Shown: positions 1-8,495 of the stretch, in pieces
Numbering within the stretch: position 1 is the first letter of the stretch
How the letters are laid out: every line of letters begins with the position of its first letter
Source: Candidatus Hydrogenedentota bacterium
GTDB taxonomy: Bacteria; Hydrogenedentota; Hydrogenedentia; Hydrogenedentales; SLHB01
Direction of reading: 5' to 3'
Length of the DNA stretch: 64,000 nt
NCBI GenBank assembly: GCA_045863335.1
Contig: BTVY01000002.1
Location: forward strand, 1 to 64,000
Translations under genes and position numbers: made by a program
The notes under the pieces: model-generated
Told to the model about the DNA's origin: nothing
Databases searched by the model: none
The model's input: only the letters and a program-made list of their open reading frames with translations

Positions 1-53
1 AAGAGGACATTTCTAATGAGTTCAAAAGAGGACATTATCAGCAAGTTTTGACA
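1..53. mobile_element. Probable terminal inverted repeat (right end) of an IS1202/ISNCY-like insertion sequence; element body lies upstream of the window
   Basis: AAGAGGACATT occurs twice (1-11, 26-36) and the AT-rich stretch ends in TTTTGACA (TGTCAAAA on the minus strand). TGT/ACA ends with repeated subterminal transposase-binding motifs are typical of this group. No transposase is in the window. Confidence 0.6.
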
Positions 54-177
54 GGACTTCGCGTCAGTATTCATAGTATTCTGAGCGGGTTACACGCGGA
101 ATCAAGGGATCGGCAAACCTATCGCTATACCCACGCAGATGCGCAGTGAGACTAGCCAAAAGTCACAAGTGGGCAAT

Positions 178-341
178 ATGGAGTGCGGCCACGCCGCGGC
201 GTGGCTGCTTTGGTTCCGGCTGTACTCGTGGACCTAAGAAGTTGGGGTAATGTCGATTGGGCGCGGGACTATGCAACTGCTTGCCGTAAAGCCGCAGGCA
301 AGCCTGCTCCATGAAAGCAGCCCCAAGGGGCCGCACTCCAT
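178..341. repeat. REP-like inverted doublet (family A)
   Basis: ATGGAGTGCGGCC..GGCTGCTTT (178-211) and AAAGCAGCC..GGCCGCACTCCAT (314-341) are inverted copies, each containing an internal hairpin. Confidence 0.7.
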
Positions 342-442
342 GTACCTGCCCTCGGTCCGATTGCTTTTCGTGGAACGCGGCTATTGCTTCGTTGCACAAT
401 GTGATCGAACAGTGTAATCGCGGGAAGCGAGGGACACCTACC

Positions 443-700
443 ATGATCTTCGACGATACCGGGCGGCCTTTGGTGGCCATCTACGAATGCTGGAGCGATC
501 ACGAGGCGGATGTCATCGTGTCGTGCCTGGGCGCGCACGGGATCGGCGCGCGCACGAATTCCGAGGTGCCGCATAACGTCTTGCCGCTGGCGGTCGATGG
601 GCTCGGCAAAGTGGAGATTCTTGTTGCGGAGGAGGACGTCGAGGAAGCGACATTCATCCTGCGCGAGCGGTCGGGGTCTGGGGTCGACGAGGAAGCATAG
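443..700 (+). CDS. DUF2007-like small protein (putative signal-transducing, PII-like fold)
   Basis: ATG at 443 after GAGGGA. The 85-aa product has the EADVIVSCLGAHGI...VEILVAEEDVEEA pattern typical of DUF2007. Confidence 0.75.
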   Translation: MIFDDTGRPLVAIYECWSDHEADVIVSCLGAHGIGARTNSEVPHNVLPLAVDGLGKVEILVAEEDVEEATFILRERSGSGVDEEA

Positions 701-788
701 GATTACGCACTCCGAAGACCGCCAAGCATCGCGATGGCTCTCTCTTTTTATGGCTGCACATGTTTTCGAAAGTCAGGAGAAATTCGTT

Positions 789-2585
789 ATGCGCCGTTTT
801 GTCGCGTTCATAGTCTTATTGCATACACTCGTGTTGTGCGGCGTTGCGGCGGGAATCGAGGTCGTATTGCACGTCTCTCCGGATGGGGATGACGCGGTGA
901 CGGGAGCGAATACGGATGCATTTCGCACGGTGCGCGCGGCTATAGACACGGCGCGTCGTACACCGCGCGACGATGGCCATTCCGTGGTCATCGAGCTTGC
1001 CGATGGCGTGTATCCGTTGACTGAGCCGTTGGTGTTGGGGCCGGAGGATTTGGGGCTGGTGTTTCGAGCGGCGGAGGGGACGCGGCCGGTGTTGAGCGGG
1101 GGCGTAGTGGTGACGGGTTGGGAACCCGATGCCGACGGGCGTTGGAAGGCGCAGACGGACCTTGCGGCGTGCCGACAGTTGTATGTGAACGGGGTGCGGG
1201 CGCAGCGGGCGCGGGGTCCGTTTCCGGAGGGGGCGGAACGGTTTGGTACGTTTGCGGCGATCGATGAGGAGGCGGGGTTCCGCATGGCGGACGGCGCGAT
1301 GGCGGATTGGGCGCGGCCGGGGGAGTTGGAGCTGGGGTTCTACAATTCGTGGAGTCACATGATCGGGCGCGTGGCGTCGGTGCGGCGGAACGGCGACGGC
1401 GTGGCGGAGCTGGTGATGCAGCAGCCGAACTTCTACCTGCTCTGCCGGAAGGAAGGGGTGAAGGCGGAGTATCCCGCATACGTAGAGAACGCGCTGGAAC
1501 TGTTGGACGAGCCGGGCGAGTGGTATCACGACGGCGAGACGCGGGCGATCTACTACCTCCCGCGCGAGGGCGAGGACATGGCGTCGGCAGCGTGTGTCGT
1601 GCCGGTGCTGGAGACGCTCGTGGCGTTGCGGGGTGCCGTGGACGCGCCGGTGCGGAACGTCCGCTTCGCGAGGATCACCTTTGCGGACGCGACGTGGCTG
1701 GGTCCGAACCGGACCGGGCATGCGGACGTGCAGGCGAATTTCACGATCGAGCCGGCCAACCTGTTCGAGCGGGACGGGTCGCTGGTCAATCTCCACAACG
1801 AGTACGTGAAGAGTCCCGCGAACGTGGCCGTGGAATACGGTCACGGCATCGTGTTCGAGAACTGCACCTTCACGCGGTTGGGCGGCGCGGGGCTGGACCT
1901 GGCGCGCGGATCGCAGGACTGCGTGGTGTCGCGGTGCACCTTCGCGGATGTTTCGGGGAGCGGGATTCAGATCGGCGACGTGCAGAAGGACGATCATCAT
2001 CCCGCGGACGCGGCGATGGTGGTGCGCGGGATTCAGGTGAGCGATTGCCTAATCGAGCGGGTGGGCGCGGAGTTCGAGGACAGTGTGGGCATCTTCGCAG
2101 GGTACGTACAGGACACGGTCATCGAACATAACGAGATTCGGGATCTCCCCTACTCCGGCGTTTCGATCGGGTGGGGCTGGGGCGAGGAAGACAGCGGTGG
2201 CGGGAACTATTCGATCCCGTTCGTGTACGAGCAGCCCACGCCCGCGCGGGACAACCGGATCGCGGGGAATCGCATTTACCGCGTGATGCAGCGGCGCAAC
2301 GACGGGGGCGGCGTGTATACGCTGGGCAACCAACCGGGAACCGTGATCGAGGGGAACCTGATTCATGACAACCCGGGATGGCCGGGCGGGATCTATCTCG
2401 ATGAGGGCAGCGGGTTCATCGAAGTGACGGGGAACGTCGTGTACGGCGTTGAGACTCCGATGAATTACAACAACCGCGCGCAAAACCGGATCGAGACTTG
2501 CAACGAGCATGGGAACCACTTCGGCGTCGCGCCGGGGGAAGCGGGATATCCGTCGGCGGTAGCGGAGGCTGCGGGTAGGCGGTGA
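789..2585 (+). CDS. Secreted right-handed parallel beta-helix protein (GH141-like / pectate lyase superfamily)
   Basis: AGGAG RBS, signal peptide, HVSPDGDD N-terminal motif, YVENALELLDEPGEWY, and PbH1-like repeats (GIYLDEGS, DGGGVYTLG). Confidence 0.85.
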   Translation: MRRFVAFIVLLHTLVLCGVAAGIEVVLHVSPDGDDAVTGANTDAFRTVRAAIDTARRTPRDDGHSVVIELADGVYPLTEPLVLGPEDLGLVFRAAEGTRPVLSGGVVVTGWEPDADGRWKAQTDLAACRQLYVNGVRAQRARGPFPEGAERFGTFAAIDEEAGFRMADGAMADWARPGELELGFYNSWSHMIGRVASVRRNGDGVAELVMQQPNFYLLCRKEGVKAEYPAYVENALELLDEPGEWYHDGETRAIYYLPREGEDMASAACVVPVLETLVALRGAVDAPVRNVRFARITFADATWLGPNRTGHADVQANFTIEPANLFERDGSLVNLHNEYVKSPANVAVEYGHGIVFENCTFTRLGGAGLDLARGSQDCVVSRCTFADVSGSGIQIGDVQKDDHHPADAAMVVRGIQVSDCLIERVGAEFEDSVGIFAGYVQDTVIEHNEIRDLPYSGVSIGWGWGEEDSGGGNYSIPFVYEQPTPARDNRIAGNRIYRVMQRRNDGGGVYTLGNQPGTVIEGNLIHDNPGWPGGIYLDEGSGFIEVTGNVVYGVETPMNYNNRAQNRIETCNEHGNHFGVAPGEAGYPSAVAEAAGRR

Positions 2586-2590
2586 ATGTT

Positions 2591-2695
2591 CTGCCGCCCT
2601 TCCAGGGCTTGATCAAATCAAGAAACAGCTTACCCAGGGTTCCGCTCGTGCCTCGCTCCACCCTGGGCAACAGTCTTTCGCCCCATCCGGGGCTG
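2591..2695. repeat. Three-hairpin REP/MITE-like module (family B), copy 1
   Basis: Core TACCCAGGGTTCCGCTCGTGCCTCGCTCCACCCTGGGC (2631-2668) flanked by GCCCC-TTCC/ATCC-RGGGCT hairpins. A near-identical module sits at 60061-60167. Confidence 0.8.
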
Positions 2696-2746
2696 AGAAA
2701 TCTGGTAGGCATACCCATATGGCAGAAATCGTAATTGACGGCTTGC

Positions 2747-2926
2747 TCAGCGTGGGGAACAGAAATCTGCTTCACCGAAATCTTCAAAACACAGCTCGGC
2801 GGCCTCTTGAATTCTCGCCATTACTTCATCGAGTGATTTTGCTTGTGTGTGGCAACCGCGAAGGGCCGGTACGGAGGCTACGTAGTATCCTTCCGCGTCC
2901 TGTTCGATAATGACGCTGAATTCCAT
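2747..2926 (-). CDS. hicB: HicB-family antitoxin (short type), no adjacent HicA seen
   Basis: MEFSVIIEQDAEGYYVASVPALRGCHTQAKSLDEVMARIQEAAEL is a classic HicB N-terminal domain; AAGGAGG RBS upstream. Confidence 0.85.
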   Translation of the reverse strand: MEFSVIIEQDAEGYYVASVPALRGCHTQAKSLDEVMARIQEAAELCFEDFGEADFCSPR

Positions 2927-3172
2927 AAGTTTTATGCCCTCCTTCTTCGGTAATTGTACGCGGGATCGCGAGCGATCGGCAATGAGTTCTTGCTGCTCGG
3001 GATCTGGTATACACAATTGAGAGCCTTTGGGTGGCTTTCTTCAATGGATTCGCAAGGGTGAAGCCAACTGGAGGCACTTTACACGGGCGGGATGCCCATG
3101 CTCCTTGTGTTTCTTAATCGGTGTCGATCTGTGTACTCTGTGGACTAATGAATTGAGTTTGGAGAATGGCGC

Positions 3173-3778
3173 GTGGATATTGAGATCAGGGAGTACCGGG
3201 CGGAGGACGAAGCAGAGTGGATGCGGGTGCATGCCATCATCTTGAGCATTTCGCATGCGTGGAATTACACGATCCAGGAGCGGCCGGCGTATGAGGGGTT
3301 CCAGTCGACGCGGCTGGTGGCGGTGCACGAGGGGAAGATCGTCGGGCTGACGGATACGCAGTATGAGAATGAACCGGGGGAGTTCTGTTTTCAGAAGGAC
3401 AGCGTGGGCGGGTACGTGCTGGAGTTCGGGCGGTTGCCGGAGTACACGGGGCATCGCATCGGCGAGTTGCTGATCAACGCGACCGTGGAGGACGCGAAGC
3501 AGAAAGGTTTTCACCGGCTGGAGTACTGGACGCAGGATCGCAGGGCGCAGCGCTACTATCAGCGGCTCGGCATGAAGGAGATCGGGCGGCATTACCGGTT
3601 CCGCATGCGGGCCACGGAAGAGGTCAAAGACGTGGTCGGGCGGAACTACATCGGCATCGAATACCTTTACTGCGCGTGCCTGCCAGAGGAATGGCCGCTG
3701 GTGAAGGAGAAGTACGACATCGTCACGAAGCACCCGCTGGAGCCGCATTTGTGCATTGGGTATGAGATTCGGTTTTGA
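3173..3778 (+). CDS. GNAT family N-acetyltransferase
   Basis: GTG start after GGAG. IEIREYR start, PEYTGHRIGELLI acetyl-CoA motif A, AQRYYQRLGM motif B. Confidence 0.85.
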   Translation: MDIEIREYRAEDEAEWMRVHAIILSISHAWNYTIQERPAYEGFQSTRLVAVHEGKIVGLTDTQYENEPGEFCFQKDSVGGYVLEFGRLPEYTGHRIGELLINATVEDAKQKGFHRLEYWTQDRRAQRYYQRLGMKEIGRHYRFRMRATEEVKDVVGRNYIGIEYLYCACLPEEWPLVKEKYDIVTKHPLEPHLCIGYEIRF

Positions 3779-3795
3779 CGATTGCGGATTGGAAG

Positions 3796-3840
3796 AACAT
3801 CCCCCTCGGCCCTTCGGGCCCGCCCCCTTCGAAGGGGGAA
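3796..3840. repeat. REP-like palindrome (family C)
   Basis: AACATCCCCCT...CCCCCTTCGAAGGGGGA; related copies at 18133, 36030 and 36223. Confidence 0.75.
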
Positions 3841-3937
3841 TTCACGTTCGCTTTGCTCCGTGAACAAGTCGAAGAATGAGTGAAACGCGGACGGCGCTCT
3901 TGTTGAATCATAGCGTTCGGTGCTTTAGCCTCCTCAT

Positions 3938-6472
3938 ATGATGCTGAATCGATCTGTTGCCATCCTTTACCTTTGCGCGATTGCTTTGATCCCGATGAAT
4001 GCGCACTCGTCGGATGACCTCCATGCCGATTTGCTGATCGTGGGTGGGACGGAGTCGGGGTGTGCGGCGGCCGTGCAGGCGGCGCGGATGGGGGTCGGGT
4101 CGATTGTGCTGGTGAACGACATCGAGTGGTTGGGGGGACAGTTCACGGCGGAATCGCTGGTGGCTATCGACGAGAACCGGGGTCCGGTGAACCGCTTTCC
4201 CTTTCCGCGGTCGGGCATATTCAAAGAAGTGATGGACCGGATCGAGGCGGACAACCTGGAGCGCTACGGCGCGGCGCGGCCGGGGTTCACGCACGTGCAC
4301 ACGACCTGCCGGCCGGCGCATGCGGAAGCGGCGTTTCGTGAGATGGTGCGTCCGTACGTGGATTCAGGGCGGCTACGGATCGTCAGCAATCACTATCCCG
4401 TCTCGGCGACGGTCGATGACGGCGCGCTGAAGGCGGTGACCTTCGCGCCGATGGAGGGCGACGGTGATCGATTCACGGTGCATGCATCCATCACCATCGA
4501 CGCGTCGGACTGGGGCGATGTGGTGCAAGCGGCGGGCGCGGCGTTCGAGTATGGTCCGGACTTGAAGAGCACCTACGGCGAACCGCTCGCGCCGGAATCG
4601 CGGGACGGGTATCCGCTCACCGATATGAATCCCATTTCGTACACGATGATGGTGATCGAAACGGAGGCGGACGCAACCATTCCGCCACCGCCCACGTACG
4701 ATGCGCGCAATTACTCGTGGCAGCAGTTCGATCAGGAGGTCATTTACAAATCGCGCCGTGTTGTCGACAGTTACGAATTGGGGATCGAACATCCCGACGT
4801 GATTCTCCTGTGTTACACGCCCCAGGATTATCCCCTGGACGTCTTGCCGCAACGGGTCGTGGACGCGCTGGAAGCGAACGAGCCGGGGGCGTCGAAGAAG
4901 AACATCGTGTGCATGACCCGCGCGCAGCGGCAGATCGTCTTCGACGATGCAAAACTTCAATCGCTCGGGTTTCTGCATTACCTGCAAACGGCGGTGCACG
5001 ATCAGAACGAAAACACCCGCTACAGTTTCCGGCGCTTTGCGCTGAGCGACGAGTTCGGCACGCCGGACATGCTTCCCATGAAACCGTATATCCGCGAATC
5101 GCTGAGGTTGAAAGCCCTGTACATGATGAAGCAGCAGGACACGATGGACGTGAACGGCGCGCGCACGAATGGGGCCTTTGCGGAGCACATGTATTACGAC
5201 GGCGTGGCCTCGTGGATCTTCGAGTTTGATTTTCATCCGACAGGACGCAAGTTTGCCGACTGCGATCCGGGCGGACCGTGGCAATGGTATTTCAAAGAAG
5301 GCCGGACCTGGGGTCCGCCATACAGCGGCCGCTCCCTCTTCCCCATGCGCAGCCTGATTCCCGAATCGGTGGACGGGCTGCTCGGCGCGCAGAAGAACCT
5401 CGGCTACAGCAGCATCGTGAGTTCGGCGGTGCGGCTGCACGATCAGTCCATGGCCATCGGTCAGGCCGCCGGAGCCACGGCGGCGGTGGCATTACGGCAC
5501 GATGTTGCGCCGCGCGCGATTCCCGGCGATCCAATGATGCTGGAAGAAACCCGCCGGGGGCTTTGCGCGCGGCTGGACGGAGGCGTGCCTTCGACGCTGT
5601 GGCCGTACCGCGACCTAGCGACCGACCACCCTGCTTTCGAGGCGATCAATCTGCTCGCAGCGCGGCGGGCTTTTCCAATGACAAAGCAAGACGTCGATTT
5701 CCGTCCGGACGACCCCGCGACGGATGAGTGGCGGCACGAAGTCCTGGTGCGGACCCTGCTGACCAAGGAGACTGCGCGGGTTATCGGGTATCCAAGCGAA
5801 CCCATGACGCGCGGCGAATTTGCCATGCGTTGGTACGACATTGTGAAGGACATCCCGGAGCGGCCCTATGATCGCATGAGCGAAATCGACGCCGACGGTG
5901 ATGGGATTGTTGACGCGGAAGATCCGCAGCCATATGGCCATGACGTTTTGTTACCAATCTCAAATCTCAGATTTGAGAAAGTGGATGAAGGTTTACCGGA
6001 GGCCATCTCGGCGAGGGCGGACGATACGCACTGGTTCAACTTCGCGGGACCGGATGCGAAGGCCACTGACGGGTTCGAGCACGACAGGGGATTGCCCTTC
6101 GATACCGGAAGGGGCTACGGCTGGCTTAACGATCTCAGTGCGAACCATCGCGCGCGCGGGTTCGATGCCGACATCAAGTACGACACCTTCATCTTCACGC
6201 GCGGGACGGACACGTGGGAGTGTGCGGTCGAAGATGGGATCTATTACGTTACCGTCTGCGTCGGCGATTCGGGATTCGAACAGCAGGGACAGTTCGTTCA
6301 GATTGAGGGCCAGGTTGTCGCGGATGGCGTCGACACGTACATCGGCGATTTTCATGCGGCGTCCGCAGAAGTGGAGGTCCGCGATGGAAGGCTGACAGTT
6401 GACATCGGAACGGAAGAGCCGTCGTTGAACACCTGCCTAAACTGGCTGCGTATCGTACGTCTGAACAAGTAA
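3938..6472 (+). CDS. Secreted FAD-dependent oxidoreductase (FAD_oxidored-like) with C-terminal beta-sandwich/CBM-like domain
   Basis: Signal peptide; IVGGTESGCAAAVQAAR dinucleotide-binding motif; LGGQFT; IDASDWGD; PYIRESLR; C-terminal YYVTVCVGD...LNWLRI sandwich. Confidence 0.85.
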   Translation: MMLNRSVAILYLCAIALIPMNAHSSDDLHADLLIVGGTESGCAAAVQAARMGVGSIVLVNDIEWLGGQFTAESLVAIDENRGPVNRFPFPRSGIFKEVMDRIEADNLERYGAARPGFTHVHTTCRPAHAEAAFREMVRPYVDSGRLRIVSNHYPVSATVDDGALKAVTFAPMEGDGDRFTVHASITIDASDWGDVVQAAGAAFEYGPDLKSTYGEPLAPESRDGYPLTDMNPISYTMMVIETEADATIPPPPTYDARNYSWQQFDQEVIYKSRRVVDSYELGIEHPDVILLCYTPQDYPLDVLPQRVVDALEANEPGASKKNIVCMTRAQRQIVFDDAKLQSLGFLHYLQTAVHDQNENTRYSFRRFALSDEFGTPDMLPMKPYIRESLRLKALYMMKQQDTMDVNGARTNGAFAEHMYYDGVASWIFEFDFHPTGRKFADCDPGGPWQWYFKEGRTWGPPYSGRSLFPMRSLIPESVDGLLGAQKNLGYSSIVSSAVRLHDQSMAIGQAAGATAAVALRHDVAPRAIPGDPMMLEETRRGLCARLDGGVPSTLWPYRDLATDHPAFEAINLLAARRAFPMTKQDVDFRPDDPATDEWRHEVLVRTLLTKETARVIGYPSEPMTRGEFAMRWYDIVKDIPERPYDRMSEIDADGDGIVDAEDPQPYGHDVLLPISNLRFEKVDEGLPEAISARADDTHWFNFAGPDAKATDGFEHDRGLPFDTGRGYGWLNDLSANHRARGFDADIKYDTFIFTRGTDTWECAVEDGIYYVTVCVGDSGFEQQGQFVQIEGQVVADGVDTYIGDFHAASAEVEVRDGRLTVDIGTEEPSLNTCLNWLRIVRLNK

Positions 6473-6492
6473 ACGAGACTCGGAGACCCCCG

Positions 6493-8469
6493 ATGGAATT
6501 ATTCCTCCGAAGTACTTGCCTTGGAGTCTTCTTCATGCTCGTGGCACGAGGCCAACCCGCCGATCCGTACATCATCTCCCCCGCTCCGGCCGGCGCGCCT
6601 TCGACGGTCGTCGTCGAGCAGCGGCCGGTGACAGGCGGGCATGATTACGTGTTGCATTGGGCGATGAACGTGGAGGGCGAAAAAGCGTGGCGGTTTCGGG
6701 CGGAATTTGCCGGAATTACGGCCATTTTTGCCGATGCCGACGGAAACATTGTGGAAACGGTTCAGCGGCATTCGCATTGTTACCGGACGCTTGGCTGGCA
6801 GCAGGCGTGGGTGCTGCTCGAAGCGCCGGAATCCGCGCACAGCGTGACGGCGTCCGTTTCGATCGTGTCGAACGATCCGCTTCCGGGACGGTTTCTGGTG
6901 GGGGATTTCGCGCTGGAGGACTTGAGCGACGCACCTGCATTGGAAGACGGCGAAGCGCTTCTTCGCATCGAGGTAGTGGACGATTCGGGATCAGCGGTGC
7001 CCGCGAGAATATACGCGATCGATAAGAATGGCGAAGGGCACATCCCGCGATTTGCCTACGGTTCTTCCTTGGGTAGCCGTTGCTTTTATCTGCCCGATCC
7101 GCGGCTGGGAACCATGCAGTTGCCGACAGGACGGTACACGATTCGCGCGATGAAAGGTTTTGAATACGGTGTTGCGGAGGAAGTCGTGACGCTCGCGCCG
7201 GGCGAATCGCGCGTGGTGACGTTGCGCGTGCAACGCCGCTTCGACATGCCGTCCAAGCACTGGTGGAGCGGCGATCATCACGCCCACCTTTTTCGTCACG
7301 GCAGCAGCGTGTATCCCATGATGAACCTCGATGACGTGTACACGATCGCGCAAGCGGAAGGCTTGTCGTACCTGCCCTTCATGGGCGAAGACAAGGTAAC
7401 GGATGCGGCGCGCGACTATCACGCGCCCGGGTTCATCGGATATGCAACTGCAGAAGAAACGCACGACACCTGGGGCCATGTGTGCCCGATTGGCGTGGAG
7501 GAGTGGCCACGATTCGACAATTACCAGGACCTCTGGCCCATGAACTACGACTGGATCGTGGCCGCGAACGATGCCGGCGGCGCGATGGCCTATGCCCATC
7601 CCTACTCGCGCATGCGGGAAGTCGGGGTGCTGGCGCACATCGGCGATTTCGATGCGGGCCATGGCGCGCGCGGGTATCCCATCGACGCCGCGCTGGGTGC
7701 GCGATTCACCCTCGACATGCTGACGCTGGAGTCGGACAGCGCGCCCTATGACGTGAAGTTGCGGGACTACATGCGGCTGTTGAATTGTGGCGTACGAATC
7801 GGCGTTTCGGCGTCGACCGACTTTCACGTGGACCAGGCGCGGGAACCCATCGGCGGCATGCGCACGTATGTAAAGGCGGAGGCATTGGAGTGGCCGGAAA
7901 TTGCGGAATCGTATCGCGAAGGCCGCACCTTCGCCACGAATGGACCCCTGGTTTCCTTATCGGTCAATGGTGGAGGAATCGGTGATACGGTCACTCTTGA
8001 CGCCCCAAGCGATATTTCGATTCACGTAACCGCGCAAAGTCTGTGGGATATTGACGGTGTCGAGCTCTGGCAGGACGGTTCGCTCGTTGCCATGCTCGCG
8101 GCGTCGAACGGCCGCGTCGACAAGCAAATCACGTTGCCGGTGCAGCGCAGCGGCTGGCTGTTGGTGATCGTGAAGGGACCTGCGGTACCCGAGGTCATGA
8201 ACGCGCCCGAAGGCAACGCCATGGTCGAAGGCCAGTACGCCATCACGAGTCCGGTGTACCTTGAAGTGGCCGGAGTGCCATGGGCCCGCGATCCAGAGGC
8301 GGCACAGTATTTTCTGGAATGGATCGACGTGGTCGAATCGGGTTTTATGGCGGCATGCGCGCGGGTCGCGCCGGAGGGAAGTCCCATGCCACGCGAGCGA
8401 CAGGAGATCGTACTGAAGCGGCTGGAGACGGCGCGCGAATTCTATCGAGAGCACTTGCGCACACCGTAG
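6493..8469 (+). CDS. CehA/McbA family (PHP-fold) metallohydrolase
   Basis: WWSGDHHAH, WGH, YAHP, STDFH and GRTFATNGP motifs; N-terminal carboxypeptidase-regulatory-like repeat (GRYTIRAMKGFEY). Confidence 0.85.
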   Translation: MELFLRSTCLGVFFMLVARGQPADPYIISPAPAGAPSTVVVEQRPVTGGHDYVLHWAMNVEGEKAWRFRAEFAGITAIFADADGNIVETVQRHSHCYRTLGWQQAWVLLEAPESAHSVTASVSIVSNDPLPGRFLVGDFALEDLSDAPALEDGEALLRIEVVDDSGSAVPARIYAIDKNGEGHIPRFAYGSSLGSRCFYLPDPRLGTMQLPTGRYTIRAMKGFEYGVAEEVVTLAPGESRVVTLRVQRRFDMPSKHWWSGDHHAHLFRHGSSVYPMMNLDDVYTIAQAEGLSYLPFMGEDKVTDAARDYHAPGFIGYATAEETHDTWGHVCPIGVEEWPRFDNYQDLWPMNYDWIVAANDAGGAMAYAHPYSRMREVGVLAHIGDFDAGHGARGYPIDAALGARFTLDMLTLESDSAPYDVKLRDYMRLLNCGVRIGVSASTDFHVDQAREPIGGMRTYVKAEALEWPEIAESYREGRTFATNGPLVSLSVNGGGIGDTVTLDAPSDISIHVTAQSLWDIDGVELWQDGSLVAMLAASNGRVDKQITLPVQRSGWLLVIVKGPAVPEVMNAPEGNAMVEGQYAITSPVYLEVAGVPWARDPEAAQYFLEWIDVVESGFMAACARVAPEGSPMPRERQEIVLKRLETAREFYREHLRTP

Positions 8470-8495
8470 ACTACAAAAGAAGGGACCAGGGATTG

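Noticed and set aside
54-90. Chromosomal dif site next to the IS end
   Set aside because: The inner ATAA-N6-TTAT core and the XerD arm (TTATGTTAAAT-like) are not matched, so it is kept only as a weak possibility.
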